A stretch of 64,000 nt of DNA from the NCBI GenBank assembly GCA_964016885.1, contig OZ024749.1, positions 18,104,001 through 18,168,000 on the forward strand. Direction: 5' to 3'. This stretch comes from Eledone cirrhosa. Taxonomy: Eukaryota. A program made the translations under genes and the position numbers. Shown piece after piece: positions 23,189 through 36,810 of the stretch (positions within the stretch are counted from its first letter, which is position 1; the number at the start of each line of letters is the position of its first letter). Under the pieces are notes generated by a model. That model saw only the letters and a program-made list of their open reading frames with translations, was not told where the DNA came from and searched no databases.

Positions 23189-23744
23189 GTAACTGGCTTC
23201 TCCCGCTACTGATGTCCATTGTATTGATAGAGAGGTCAGCAAAGATTTGAGAAACTAGGATTTATTTATATATGGGGTCTGTAGGAGATAATTTATAATG
23301 TTGGGGTCATTTCATGGATCCCTTTGTATTAATGTCAAGATGACTTGTTAATGGTAGCTAATGAGGATTTGTGTAAGTGTCTGTTATCACTTTCCTTCTC
23401 ACCTGTATAGAATAATCAGTGCCCACATGGAGGACATGTGACATGTAAATATTTGTAAATATTACATGAATCGGATGACATTCTGGTGAACACAGATGTG
23501 GTCAGTTTAAACTAAAGATTACCAACATCGACCTTTCTCAAGGAAAGCAGGTGTATCTACTCCTATTTAATGTAGGCTATCATGAATGGCTAGGTATTTG
23601 ATAACCAGCTTGGCTGATATTAGAATTAAGAAGAAAATAAACAGAATGTTTGTTAGTGATTTGCTATATTGTAGATTTGGCATAAATGAAAGACAAAGCT
23701 ATGAGAAAAACAAATGGAAAGTGAAATGAGATAATTACAATAAT

Positions 23745-23931
23745 TGTTTCTACTTTTGGCACAAGGCCAGCAATTACTCAGTGCATTACTGGTACTTTAT
23801 TTTATCGACCCCGTAAGGATGAAAGGCAAAGTTAACCTCAGCGGGATTTGAACTCAGAATGGCAAGGGCCGTAACTATATGCGTCGAAGCATGGCGTCCG
23901 ACCTTCTACCGATACTGCCAATCCACCGCCC
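23745..23931 (-). mobile_element. Full-length tRNA-derived SINE (family A) with TSD
   Basis: Minus-strand head ggcggtggattggcagtatcggtaga with B-box-like gagttcaaatccc and a conserved ctttgcctttcatccttacggggtcgataaaataaagtaccag block; TSD ttacaataat at 23735-23744 and 23932-23941. Confidence 0.9.
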
Positions 23932-24156
23932 TTACAATAATGATAGAAAATATTTATAAAGTTTAACATATTTTGTTGTGGGCCTAAATACTCAGATATG
24001 ACCTGATATAACAAGAAGAAAAAATATTGACTAAAGCCATTGTGATCACTAGTTGACTTCTGATGATAGGAATGTCTGAAAATATAAAATATAGATTATA
24101 AACAGGAATAGAAAATCTTTACAGTAAAATGAAAAAACTTGGAAATATTTTTTCAG

Positions 24157-24228
24157 GGTCTCAAAAGCTGAATGAGAAAGTCCTTCGGAAGGTAGCAAAA
24201 CAATTAGGAAGAAAATGGCTTGAAGTTG
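24157..24228 (+). CDS. Death-domain exon 1
   Basis: ttttttcAG acceptor and GTGAGT donor; 72 nt, phase 1/1; SQKLNEKVLRKVAKQLGRKWLEVG matches Death-domain helices 1-2. Confidence 0.85.
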
Positions 24229-26157
24229 GTGAGTATAAGATTACAGTATCTTGTTGATTTCTATAAAGTTTACTTTTAACTGAATTGGTAAAAATGGATA
24301 AATTAGAAGACACAATATAACTAATATTGTCAAAACAGGGAATAAAAATCTGTTGTTAATGGGAATGTTTTTGTTTGTTTTTATTGAAACATATTAAATT
24401 TACAGATAGGTTGTTATTGTTATTTAGTCTCGGTTCTGCCATGATCAGCAGATTTATAATGGAGGGCATTCCAGGTGTGACCATCCTACATTATTTCTAT
24501 GTTCAGAGAACCCACAATCACATTATCCAACATGTCCTTTTAAGGTGTTAGGGTACTCAATGTAAAGAATGAGTACACAAGAGGTTTAGTAGAACCATAA
24601 GCAGGATAACAGAAAAGGAAGACTTTGTATAGAGTAAATATGAATGAGATGGTTGGGTCATGTGTTGAGGAAGGACAAAAGGGACTGCGTGAGAGGAGTG
24701 AGGAAAATGAATGTGGAAGGAAATAGAGGAAGAGGAAAACCAAGAAAGACATAGCTAAAAATGATGGATGAGGAAATGAAAGCCAGGGATGAGGAAGAGA
24801 TGCTGATGATAGGGAAAAGTAGAGAAGCTTGTCATGTCCCTGCCCTGTAAGGCTAACCCTGTTGTCATCTAGAGAGTTATATTATAGATGTGTATATTTA
24901 CAGGGCTGCTTTGTTCTTTGAGAACATTTACATGAATTTAGTAAAAATTACATAAGTCATGAAAGAAGAGCTTTATTTGAAAAAACTTTGCCATGAATAA
25001 TGTTGAGTCTTCTTGACAAATCTTCTCAATGAATCAGCCATTAGTATCGATGACTCCTTCAATACAAGGTCTGAAATGTTAACATGCCTGAATCAGTTGA
25101 TTTTTATTTATTTTGTACATTGTGCTAGTTATGGCAGACTTCAGGGTTTTTATAATGTTATGGAGGTGTTGATTGACTTCCCTCTTGACTACTCTCCATA
25201 TGTAGTAGTCTAACAGATTCAGGTCTGAAGAGCTAAGAGGCCATATGTTTAGGCTGGTGTGATCATAGAGATTGTTACTCTTTCATTCTTTAGTCATCTT
25301 GGTCTTATGAGATGGTGTAGTCTTATTGTTAAGGTTATGGTTTTCCTTTGTCCACACTTCTCTATCAAAGGATTCCTTCTCTGGAAAAAGATTTTATAAT
25401 CACAACCATCTGTCCATTTGTTTTCTGATGAGAATAAAGTTAATCTAGCTTGTATGTCTACCTGATCAAATGAGTGGCTGATATCTTGAAGTTAGTGTTG
25501 CAAATGGCTGTCATTTACATTACAGAATTGTAGGAGTCTTGATCCCTCAAGCCATACCTCTAGCCATCATGTACTCCAAAAAGAGCCATCTTGATGCTAC
25601 TCAACATGTCCATTAAATTTAGCAGCAAGGATGAGGAAATGTTTGTCACTTGTCATTGATGTCTTGGTACATTTTAGGCAGAATCATGACTATTTCAGAC
25701 ACTGATCTTGTGATGTTAATGAGGGGTCTTCAATCTCATCCTTTAAACCATTACTATGGATGACATGTTGTGAATGTTGGTTATCAATGTTGGATCTTTA
25801 AATTCTGAACCAGTTCTGACAATACAAAAGCTTCTTCCATTATGTCTATTTTCTTTAATCTTGTTCTTTCTTCTCCTCACTCCAACTTCTTTATTTTTGT
25901 TGGTATCCTTGGAAAATACAACAATGTTTTAGAATTTTTATGTTAATTATTTCTATTACCCTACAGCTAGTTACTTGTTATTTACTTCTATTTACTTGTT
26001 ATTTACTTCTATTACCCTACAGCTAGTTACTTGTAATTTTAGAATTTTTATGTTAATTATTTCTATTACCCTACAGCTAGTTACTTGTTATAAAATATGT
26101 ATACCTATTTAATGTTGTTGTTATAGTATTGGTTTCTTATTGTTTTATATTTTACAG

Positions 26158-26360
26158 GTATTAAATTAGAAGTTCCAGCTTATATACTGAACAACATTGA
26201 ATATAACTATAGTGATATTGACAAACATGCTTTTCAAATGTTACTCAAATGGTGTGAAATTTGTAAACCAGAAAAATGCACCATAGCCACTCTGAAAGAA
26301 GCTTTAGAGATGACAGAATGTTTTGAGGTTCTTCGTTGTCAATATTTAAAGGAAAACTAG
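26158..26360 (+). CDS. Death-domain exon 2 (terminal coding exon)
   Basis: ttttacAG acceptor, phase 1; IKLEVPAYILNNIEYNYSDIDKHAFQMLLKWCEICKPEKCTIATLKEALEMTECFEVLRCQYLKEN*, open to TAG 26358-26360. Confidence 0.88.
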
Positions 26361-26617
26361 TCTCTATCATCATCATCATCATCTTATATCTGTGTTCCAT
26401 TCTAGCATTAGCTGGATGGCTTGTGTTGTCATGGAACAAGACTAGACATTGCTGGATGACGTTTTCAATGACAACCACTTTACAGAGTGGACTGGGTGCA
26501 TTTTATAGTGTAACCCTTATGACTACTTTACAGAGTGAACAGGGTGTATTTTATTGTGGCAGCAACACTATCACTTTACACCACCACTTTATACCCTTGT
26601 GTGTGTATATATATATC

Positions 26618-26661
<44 letters not shown>

Positions 26662-26664
<3 letters not shown>

Positions 26665-27582
26665 TCATCATCACCGTTTTATGTCCGTTCTTCCACGCTA
26701 GCATGGGTTAGACGGGTTGTCCTGTTGTGGGCAGTGTCTGGTCGGCTGACCATGCCTTGCTCATACAGGAACTGATTTGGCTTGATTTCTACAGCTGGAT
26801 GCCCTTCCTAACACCAAGCTCATTTACAGTGAGTGCTGGGTGCTTTTTCGTGGCGCCTACACGTCCACTTTACAGTGTGGACTGGGTGCTTTTTTGCCGT
26901 GGCACCTCCACGACCACCTTGCAGTGGGAGGGTGTGGGGGCATATTGTCTATATGCTTCAGCTTGTACCCATGGGAGGTCGGGTACTCTGTATTACTGCG
27001 TGACGCCAGAGGTCACGGTCGTGTGTCATCGCCTTTGAGAGGTGTAATTGGGTAAGGTCGGCTTTTATCACCTCATCCCAGGTCATCTTGGGTCTCCCCA
27101 CTCCGCGGTTTCCATCGACTTCTAGTGCTCTGCACCTTTTTATGCAGCTGTCATCCTTCATACGCATCACATGTCCATACCAGTGCAACCGCCTCTCCTG
27201 CACACAGCATTTGATTCCTCTTATGCTCAGTCTCTCTCTCAATTCATTTATGCTTTGTCATTTGCGTATATTACTATTACACATCCACCGGAGCATGCAG
27301 GCTTCGTTTCTCTCTAATCTACGTAAGTCTTCCACCTTCAGCGCCCAGGTCTCGCTACCATGCAACATCGCTGTTCGGATACACGCATCATACAGTCTGC
27401 CTTTTATTTTGATGGAGAAGCCTTTTGCAGCTAGCAGTGGCAGTAGTTCCCTAAACTTCTTCCATCCCGTTCTTACCCTAGTTATTGTACTTTCTGAACA
27501 CCCACCTCTGCTGCTAATTCGGTCACCTAGGTAGCAGAAGCTGTCTACTGTTTCTACAGAGCCCTCCCAGAGATTGGTGGTA
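26662..27582 (-). mobile_element. 5'-truncated RTE LINE with intact 3' UTR and (ATG)n tail
   Basis: RRLHWYGHVMRM..GRPKMTWDEVIKADL; only scattered differences from 49851-50763. Confidence 0.93.
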
Positions 27583-27613
<31 letters not shown>

Positions 27614-27750
27614 GAAAAAGGATGGAAAGAAAGAAAGTGTGAAAAAGAGAATTACTTTTACCAAAAATTATGAATAAATAAAATATTATATTTTGGTAGA
27701 TTCAGTCATTTGTTAAATTTATTTGATTTATTTTGATATGTTGTATATAT

Positions 27751-28083
27751 CATCATCATCATTTTACGTCCGCTTTTCCCTGCTTGCAAGGGTGGGACGG
27801 GAACTGATTTTGGCTTGATTTCTTGGTGCCCTTCTTTCTTGATGCCATTCCTAACACCAACCTCATTTACAATCAGTGCTGGGTGCTTTTTTCTCCATGG
27901 CACCTACACGTCCACTTTATAGTGTGGGCTGGGTGCTTTTTTACCGTGGCACCTCCACGACCACTTTGCAGTGGAATGATAGGGACCCCAGTCTTATCAT
28001 TTCATTTCTACAGCTGAGTAAACTGGAGCAATGTGAAATAAAGTTTCTTGCTCAAGGAAACAACACATCACCCGGTCTGAGAA
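27751..28083 (-). mobile_element. SINE family B, 5'-truncated
   Basis: Reverse complement of the body and tail of 38841-39183. Confidence 0.85.
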
Positions 28084-28159
28084 TATATATATAATTAAGT
28101 AGTGTATATTTTTGTATACACACACGCAAATATATACATACAAATATATATGTATGTGT

Positions 28160-29100
28160 ATATCATCATCATAATCATCATCATTTAATGTGTTATTTCA
28201 CACTTGATATGTTAGACAAGGTGTCATGTTATGAAATATGTCAGGTGATGTGAACATGTATTGCTCACATGGATCTGTATTTTGGTTTGGTTTCTACAGC
28301 TGGATGCCCTTCCTAATGCCAACCACATTACAGTGTAGACTGGGTGAATGGTGAGGTGTAGGGAGAAGATTGGTGCAGACTACATGTTTGTTTCATATCA
28401 TTTTGTGCACATGGGAGGTGGGGCAGGTCTTCTGCAGTATAGCATGATCCAGAGATCTCAATACTGTGTAGTCTCCTTTGAGAGTTTGTGTGAGGTCAGC
28501 TTTTATCACTTCCTTCCAAGTTTTCCTAGGTCTTCCTCTTCTAGAGCTACCATCAACTTTGAGAGCCCTAAATATATTTATACAGCTGTCACCCTCCATA
28601 CACACCCCATACCACTACAATCTCCTCTCTTGCACACTGCACCTGATCCCTCTTATGCCTAGTTTCTCTCTCAGTTCTCTCATGCTTTGACGATGTAGTG
28701 GCTGTGTTTTTACAGTTGTAGGATGCCCTTCCTAGTACCAACCACTTTTACAGTGTGGAACTGGGTGGCACTGTCTGGCCAGCTGGCCTTGCTGTACCCT
28801 GCTCACAGGGGAACCGTAATTTGGGAGCTGAGCGGTCCCATTATGAGGGATGTCAGGCCAATTGGCCGCACCATGCCTTGCACCTCGTTAGGTTCACTCT
28901 GGTCCTTTATTGTATGTTGTAGTACCAGATCTCAGTCCTGTGTCATCTCCATTGAGTGGTTCAGCTGAGCCAGGTCGGCCTTTTGTCATTACATCCTACT
29001 TCTACCTAGGTCTTCTTCTTTCGAGGTACCCTACAGCCTTGAGTTCCCTGTACCTTTTTATACAGATGTCATCCTTCATTTGCATCACATGTCCATATCA
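28160..29100 (-). mobile_element. Degraded RTE 3' fragments
   Basis: GRPRKTWKEVIKADL, catcacatgtccata (YGHVM on minus) and ttctacagctggatgccc motifs. Confidence 0.7.
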
Positions 29101-29219
29101 AAAGATTTCCCACATATTTCAAGATGATATGCATTCTCTCCAGTGTGTGTGAACAGTTAAAACCTTGTTACTGCCAAAATATTTCCCACATATTTCCCAG
29201 GGTTTCTCTCCAGTGTGAC
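29101..29219 (-). pseudogene. Degenerate C2H2 zinc-finger fragment
   Basis: Minus strand encodes HTGEKPWEICGKYF and HTGENAYHLEICGKSF. Confidence 0.7.
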
Positions 29220-30689
29220 TACTGTCCAACACTTGGTAAAACAAACATCACCCAATAAAATAATTATTACATATCAACGAAGCAGTCGCTTACCTTGTTA
29301 CTCGATGTGCTAGAAATAGCAGCCAACTCACTTTTAAACGTTTTAAATTAAGAGAAGTACACATCTGGCTGTGTGTGTGTAGACATGAAGGAAAGTTAGT
29401 GGTTGTTATGAAAGAGGATGATAAACACGACAAATACCAATAATTCTGGTTAGATATATAAGTTTACTTCACTTCAGCAAAAAGGTTAAAAAATCTGATT
29501 ACTACAAATCATAAATATAAAGTTTGATTGTAGTATTTACAAATGAATATAGTGTTGTATAATAAGGCTTCTGTGTTGTGCTGGAGAATCTTTGTATAAT
29601 ATGTTATGTATGATTAAAAATTGACAAGTTGTAGTCAGACAGTATGTACCAGCAGAGGTAGTAAGCAGTGGTAATGGAGCTGTGTTGTTTATATGAAGAG
29701 GCAGATGACTGAGTTAGGACCACAGGACAGCCTATTTATAATGACAGCTAGTTATTTTTTATAAATAACAGATGGCCCCAGAATATGTTCTCCTTTGTAG
29801 GAATGGTGCTGTAAAACCTAGCATCCAGAAAATTTATCTGTTGTCTTCTCTGCGAGATCACAGGTCACGTCTTGGTGGCCATGTCCATAAGAGGTGGGAA
29901 AACATTTCTTTTACTACACACACATATACATATATTATCATCATCATCATCGTTTTAATGTCTGCTTACCTTGCTAGTAAGGGATAGATGAGTATAGATA
30001 GACTAAGTCAGTACTGATGCACGGCTGCTGACCTTCTAGGATGGTTAGGCGTCTGTTATCTCTCTTATGTATGATCTCACATACTATCAAGTGGGAGAGG
30101 TTGTCATGTCTTTAACACAAGTGAAGGGTCCTCCCAGCACTTTGTATGGCAAGCTTTCTATGGTTGGATACCCTTCCTAGCACCAACTTTATAGCATGTA
30201 GTGGGTGTGTTTATCGTGTAGATCACCAGCACTAGGAACATTGTCCTGTCTTTGACACCACTGAAGGGTCCTCTTCACCTGTCTCCTGTCTTTTTCCATG
30301 AAGATGAAAACACCAAAGTGGTGGGGGTGGCACTCACCAATGTCAGAAACAGGGAGGTGTAGTGATGGAGAAGGGGGCATGGTAGCTACTAAGGTGTGAT
30401 AGTGAAGGGTTCTAAGGGTTTATAGTGGGGGAGACAAGCTAAGGGATAAATACTAGAGGGAGGTGGCATGGATGGAGTGGGGGTATTTAGTGAAGATAAG
30501 GAGAGCTGCTAGGGAGTACTAGTGGAGGGGGCATGGATGGAGTGGGGGTGTTTAGTGGTTATGAGGAGAGCTGCTAGGGAGTTCTAGTGGAGGGGGCATG
30601 GATGGAGTGGGGGTGGTGTAATGAGAAATACCTGTTAGAGAGTGCTAGGGAGAGGGAAGATAAGGGGATAGGTCAGGCCACACTGTATG

Positions 30690-31150
30690 CTGTTGACCAG
30701 GTCTTCACTATCATAACATAGTGCCAGCCCTTGTGGTCCTTTGTCATTTCCGTTGTGAGGTCTTTTAAGGTCTTCACACACTCATCCCATGTCTTCCTGG
30801 GTCTGCCTCTTCCAATGGTCCTAACCACATCAGTTTTTCTCCATTTCTTTATTCAGCTGCTATCTTTCATACACATCACATGTCCATACCAACGTAGTCT
30901 TCTCTCTTGCACACTGCATCTACTTTCTCTTATACCAATTTATTCCCTCAGTTTCCTAATACTGCTCATCCATCAGAGCATACATATATATAATACCAAT
31001 ACCTCCTCTATGTTGTGAGTCTCTATATCTTCTTCTTTACTGTGAAAAGTGTCAAACAAAATATCTCTAAATTTGTTACTGGCTGAGGGCTCCTTTATCT
31101 TCCTTATTCTTCTTCTCCAGGTTGCCCTCTGTCTCTGAGTTCCTCTAGCC
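30690..31150 (-). mobile_element. Degraded, internally deleted RTE LINE
   Basis: RRLRWYGHVM and GRGRPRKTWDE near 30780-30910, joined to WRRRIRKIKEP linker sequence. Confidence 0.75.
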
Positions 31151-31444
31151 ATAACTACTAGGTTACACACTCATGTCACAGGTATGTTTTTACCTTCCTC
31201 TATACCCACTCTACTACTTCACATCAATAGAGTACTCCCTTGATTTGTTATCTCAGCATCGTAGACTTTCATCATAATCATCATCATCACTGTTTAATGT
31301 CCATTTTTCCATGCTAGCATGGGTTAGATGAGTTGTCCTATTGTGAGACAATTAAGATCAGATGATCGCGTCTTGGTTTCCATGACCGGATGCCATTCAT
31401 AACGCCAACTACATTTGCAGTGTGTACTGGGTGCTTTCTGCAGT

Positions 31445-31800
31445 ATCACCAAAATGACTACTTTACAGTGTGGACTGGGTACTATCATGGCACCAACATA
31501 ACTACTTTACAGTGAGGACTGGGCACTATCATGGCACCAACATGACTACTTTACAGTGTGGACTGGGTACTATTTATTGTGGCACGAACATGACTACTTT
31601 ACAGTGTGGACTGGGCACTATTTATTGTTTCACCCAAATGAATACTTTACAGTGTGGACTGGGCACTATTTGTTGTGGCACCAAAATGACTATTTACAGT
31701 GTGGACTGGGTACTATCATGGCACCAACATGACTACTTTACAGTGTGGACTGGGCACTATTTGTTGTGGCTCCAAGACAACCACATTATAGTGTAGACTA
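31445..31800. repeat. ~40-bp minisatellite (8-9 units)
   Basis: atgactactttacagtgtggactgggcactat...tggcaccaa repeated. Confidence 0.9.
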
Positions 31801-32989
31801 TAGGCTGGGGTGGGGGAGATGCATGGGATTGATCTAATATGGGGCACTTATCTGGTGAAGGGTGGAGTGTTAGGGTGTATGTGGAGTGTTAGGATATGGG
31901 TAGAGGGAGGTGTGTTAGGGCGTGGGAATTGGGTGAATGGGGGAGGATATGGTAGGGTGTGCATACTAGATGTATACTTATGTGTGCATACTAGATGTGT
32001 GCATACTAGATGTATACCATGCCCATTGGAGGGCAAGTTCTCGGTATAACTACATAACGCCAGATATCTCAATCCTGTGTCATCATTTTTGAGATGTGTA
32101 ATTGTGCAAAGACTGCTTTTATCACCTCATCCCAAGTCTACTCCATAGCTTCGATCAACTGTGAGTAACCTGCACCTTTGTTGTCAACTTCGATCAACTG
32201 TGAGTAACCTGACACCTTTGCTGTCAACCTTTATACACATCACATGTCCATATCAATGTAATCTCCTCTCCTGCATACAGCATCATATATATCATCACCA
32301 TCATTATCCTTTTTACAACAGTTTTCCAATACTTGCATGGGTTGGATGGGTCCATTTCAGCACAACATCTCTCCACTTTTCCCATTCCTATGTCATCTCC
32401 TCTGTGAATCTCAGTAATTTGAGATCAGCTTTCATCACCTCTGTTCAGGTCTTTCTTGGTCTATCTCTACTGTAGCTTCGTTCCACTGGGATTCCCTGGC
32501 ACTTCTTCACGCAATGATCATCATCTATGTACATAAAAAAATACACTAGAATATCCGGATTAATTTACGAACAAGATTTACTGAGAGTGATCTCCCTTGG
32601 CTGACTTTAAAATCTTTTCTTCAAATTAATTTGTTTCATGTCCGATTGAAAGACTCTGGAGTTTTTACCTGTCTGGGGTTTAATTAATGAGGAATTTAGA
32701 GGTATTTATAACAACTATTAATTATTTCATTACTGAGATATCATTTGAAAGATGTACTAAAGTTTTTAATTATTAATTATTTTATTAGTAACTTGTATAA
32801 AATTATGTTGGAAGATTTTAGGAAGAAGATATGTAGCCGGTCTCAGTAAAATAGACTCCGAGGCTATGTAGACGGTAAGTGTGTCAGACACCATGTGTTG
32901 CGGCTCTTTATGGTCTGAGTTGAGACAATTTTAATTTTTTTCCACCATCAATTGTTAAAAATCATTTAGTTGTCCATTCGTACGTTACA

Positions 32990-33185
32990 CTTTAGTTACA
33001 TACACACACGTCTACTATGTTACATACACAAACATCTACTGTGTTACATACACACACCTCTACTGTGTTACATACACATATACTGTGTTATATATACACA
33101 TACATCTAGTGTGTTACATACACATACATCTACTGTGTTACACACACACACACATCTACTGTGTTACACACGCACATCTACACAT
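32990..33185. repeat. ~20-bp minisatellite
   Basis: acatctactgtgttacatacac repeated. Confidence 0.85.
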
Positions 33186-34008
33186 ATTCATAAATAGACA
33201 CAATACAAAATAATTATTACATACACACACATCTATGTAATGATTGAGGAAGGGGCTGGTGAAACGCTATAGCGATGTGTGTGTTGCGTACCTTTAAGGT
33301 TTACCGGCTTCGTAGCCTATTCGAAGATTTTATTATAATTATGAACCTTGTATTTCAATTAATTATGAATAATTTTGAGCTATTTATCACAATTGTTAGT
33401 TAATTACTAACATAGTAACTTAACATATAGTTGTTATATAGAATTTCGTTGGAAGACTTTAATTTAGATATGAACCATTTCCATAGAACGAGAACCAATT
33501 TTGGCTGGGTTTCTACCAAAAGGGTTAATGAAGAATTTTGAACAGTTTACTAAAATTATTATTTATTTCATTACTAAGACAATGTGTGGATACACAATTA
33601 TGTGTGTTTATATATATATATATATATAAACAGTATATATACAGTATATATATAGTATACAAAAGATGTAGTGGGATAATGAGTAGTTTTAAGACAAGTC
33701 AGTCCAGATAGCTGCGCTGTAACTTATTGGGACTGTGTGTTGGCTCGCAGGCCTGTATTTTAGGATCTAGCTGGTCCATTATGAGGGAGGTCTGGTTAGT
33801 TGGCAACACCATGCCTTACTTGTGGTATATGTATGTATAGAAATAAGTTATTGTATATGTATAACTGTCCATCTAAATGTATATACATGTATGTTTAAAT
33901 GTGTGTTTACATACATATATACATTTTCAGATGTATGCACGTAAGAGTATATATATCTTTATATATATATATATATGTATATTTATAAGTATATATACAT
34001 ACATATGA

Positions 34009-34049
<41 letters not shown>

Positions 34050-34054
<5 letters not shown>

Positions 34055-35084
34055 GGAAGCAGAAAATTGCTTTTTGTGATCCAGTTCTTGGTTAAGAAAG
34101 CCAGTTTCATGGACGGTTTCAACGTACGGTTAGGCGTAACTCCACAAGTTTGTAAGAATTCCGTTCAATCTTGGAGTATAAAGTATAAAAGAGAAAACAC
34201 AGGTAAGCATTAAGAGAAGGCTTTTATCCAGGTATTTACGACCGTTTCATTGGTTAGTGCAACCTTATATTGCTATACTGCAAATAGCAGCCACACAGTC
34301 CAAATTTTCAAAATAGTGAGTAAGTTACTTTTGAAATAATTCTTAATATATAGAGAAAAACATTTATTTTCAATGAGGAAAACATTTATTTTGAGAGAGG
34401 AATCAGAAGGTGAGGGGACAGAGGGAATAGTATAGAGAGAGAGGAAGGGGGAAGAGTTAGGAAGTAGAGTGACAAACTGAGATGGAGGGAGGGGTAGAGG
34501 TGGAAGGATTCCTTGATCAGTTTTGATAGCAGACTTCATGTCTTGGAATGTAGTGAGTTAAAGAGAATTAAATTGATCATAGTGGGAGGGAGGGATATAA
34601 AGAGATAAATATATATATAAAAAATAAAGGTAAAGATAATAATGACAAAAATAAAAGATAGCCAAAAAGGGGAGGGAAGGAAGAAAACGAAGAAATAGAA
34701 GAGGAATGAAGGAGAAGGGGGTGATATAGGTATTGGTTCTTGTGGGTAATTAAAAGGGTTTAGATAGAACAAGAGGGTATAAAGTCTAAGTATATGCAGT
34801 TTGTCAGTTGGTAGTAAGAGGTTAAGGGTTCAATTTGCACTTGTAGTGCGAAAACTCTTTAAGTGTATGGTTACAATAAATTGATCTTTCGATTTTATTG
34901 TTAAGTAACTTATTCTTTGAACTCAAGATGTGGAACAGCTCAAGGTCGCATAATTGACAGCTTCTCATACCACATGGGGGCGCGTTCGATAATTGTTTCC
35001 ACTTCAGGGTGTATTGATGGTTACTTTCCCTCAGTTGCCAGGTCTTGTTTGCAAGGGTAGTTACATAATGATGCTGGGAATGTT
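34050..35084 (-). mobile_element. Penelope-like element 3' end (GIY-YIG endonuclease C-terminus plus pyrimidine-rich 3' region)
   Basis: TTLANKTWQLRESNHQYTLKWKQL..CQLCDLELFHIL..LLNNKIE..CNH matches the PLE endonuclease tail pattern; half-hammerhead GAAACggtcGTA on minus at ~34232-34248. Confidence 0.75.
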
Positions 35085-35840
35085 TCTTTGTAGCAGTTGA
35101 CAATGATGCTACTGCAGCAATCCTTTGGTATGACACCTAGTATTACCTGGTTAACAATACGTGTGGTCAGTGTGATCTACCGACCCAGATGCCTTCAGCA
35201 TCTCGGCAGCTATACCCGATGGACCGGTTTCCTTCCCCATCTTCATATCTTTGATTGCCTTACTTACTACGCTGCTACTGACTTGTACTGCTAGCCCCTC
35301 TATAGTGTCTACTTAGGGTAGGGTCTCTTCTTCCCAGGCATTCTCCTCATTTAGTAATCTATCATAATGGCTCTTCCACACATCTTTCTTCTCAGCACTT
35401 GTGAGGGCAAGCTCACCTTTATCATTCCAGATACACTTCTCTCCAATGGCATCACAATTCTCTCTGACACACTGCCTCGCAATCTTGAACACCTGTTTCT
35501 GGTCTTCACATTGCAAAACATGCCTGAATTTTCTATCCTCTGCTTCCCTCCTAGCTAAGTATACTTGTTGCCTAGCTTCCCTCCTGGTCTCTATGTAATG
35601 TACCCTGCTTCCCCCGTTCTTCCATTCTTTCCATGCCTGTCTCTTGGCTTTAACTGCCTCATCTACCTTATTGTTCCACCAACAAGTCACTCTCCTCCAG
35701 CCTGTGGTCTTACTCCAGCCACAGATCTCATCCGTTGCCTCTAGTAAGTTATTTTTTAGGAACTCCCAGTGCTCTTCTACATTGAATGTCTCTATCTGTT
35801 CTTCTTAACTGTCATAGGCGTTGAGTAAAATATCTTTAAA
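35085..35840 (-). mobile_element. Internal RTE LINE fragment
   Basis: Closely matches 48355-49103 in reverse orientation (WWNNKVDEA..GPSGIAAEMLKASG). Confidence 0.9.
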
Positions 35841-35880
35841 ATATATCTTTTAATATATATATGTATATATAAAATATATA

Positions 35881-35950
35881 CAGGGTCTCCCCCAAGAAGT
35901 GTATACAACTACATTCTATGTAAATGTGTATACATATTTTAGGGACCCTG
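35881..35950. mobile_element. 70-bp Tc1/mariner-type MITE
   Basis: Ends CAGGGTC..GACCCTG with internal inverted tgtataca arms; preceded by TA. Confidence 0.6.
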
Positions 35951-36433
35951 TGTATATACAAATCATGTAATGTGACTCCTACTATTATTGGTTGTACAGA
36001 TCGTCACAGATTAAATATTTAATGGAATTAAGTGGAATTAGGAAATAAGACAATAAAGCAGTGAAATGAAGACATAAGAGGTAGAGTAAAAGAAGAAGAG
36101 GGGGAGAGAGAATTAACACAGTTATGTCTTTCTATCTCTCTCACTCCTCCTTCCATATTTTATTGTCTCTTACTACTCCTCATAAAAGCAGGTCTGACCC
36201 TTAGTCTGAATTATATCAACTAACGTAGGTTTAACTTTACCAAGATTACCGAATCACTGCTCGAACTTGGGGCTTCTGAAACTAACTTATTGTGTTAGCA
36301 GATGTTGGATGAGAATCTTCACCAATAAAAATGCGGAGAAGCAATACGATAGATCTTTCTTTTTGTTTGTATTTGAATTGCTTTTTCCGTGTTTTCTTTT
36401 CTTTTCCTTGTAAATGCAACCCACGTGTTGTAA

Positions 36434-36810
<377 letters not shown>

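Noticed and set aside
23290-23600. Penelope RT relic (DDILVNTDVVSL-like)
   Set aside because: A single short motif, too degenerate to support without a search.
31445-31800. CRISPR-like array (also considered for 1-6461 and 46505-46830)
   Set aside because: Units are head-to-tail with no unique spacers, there are no cas genes, and the context is eukaryotic.
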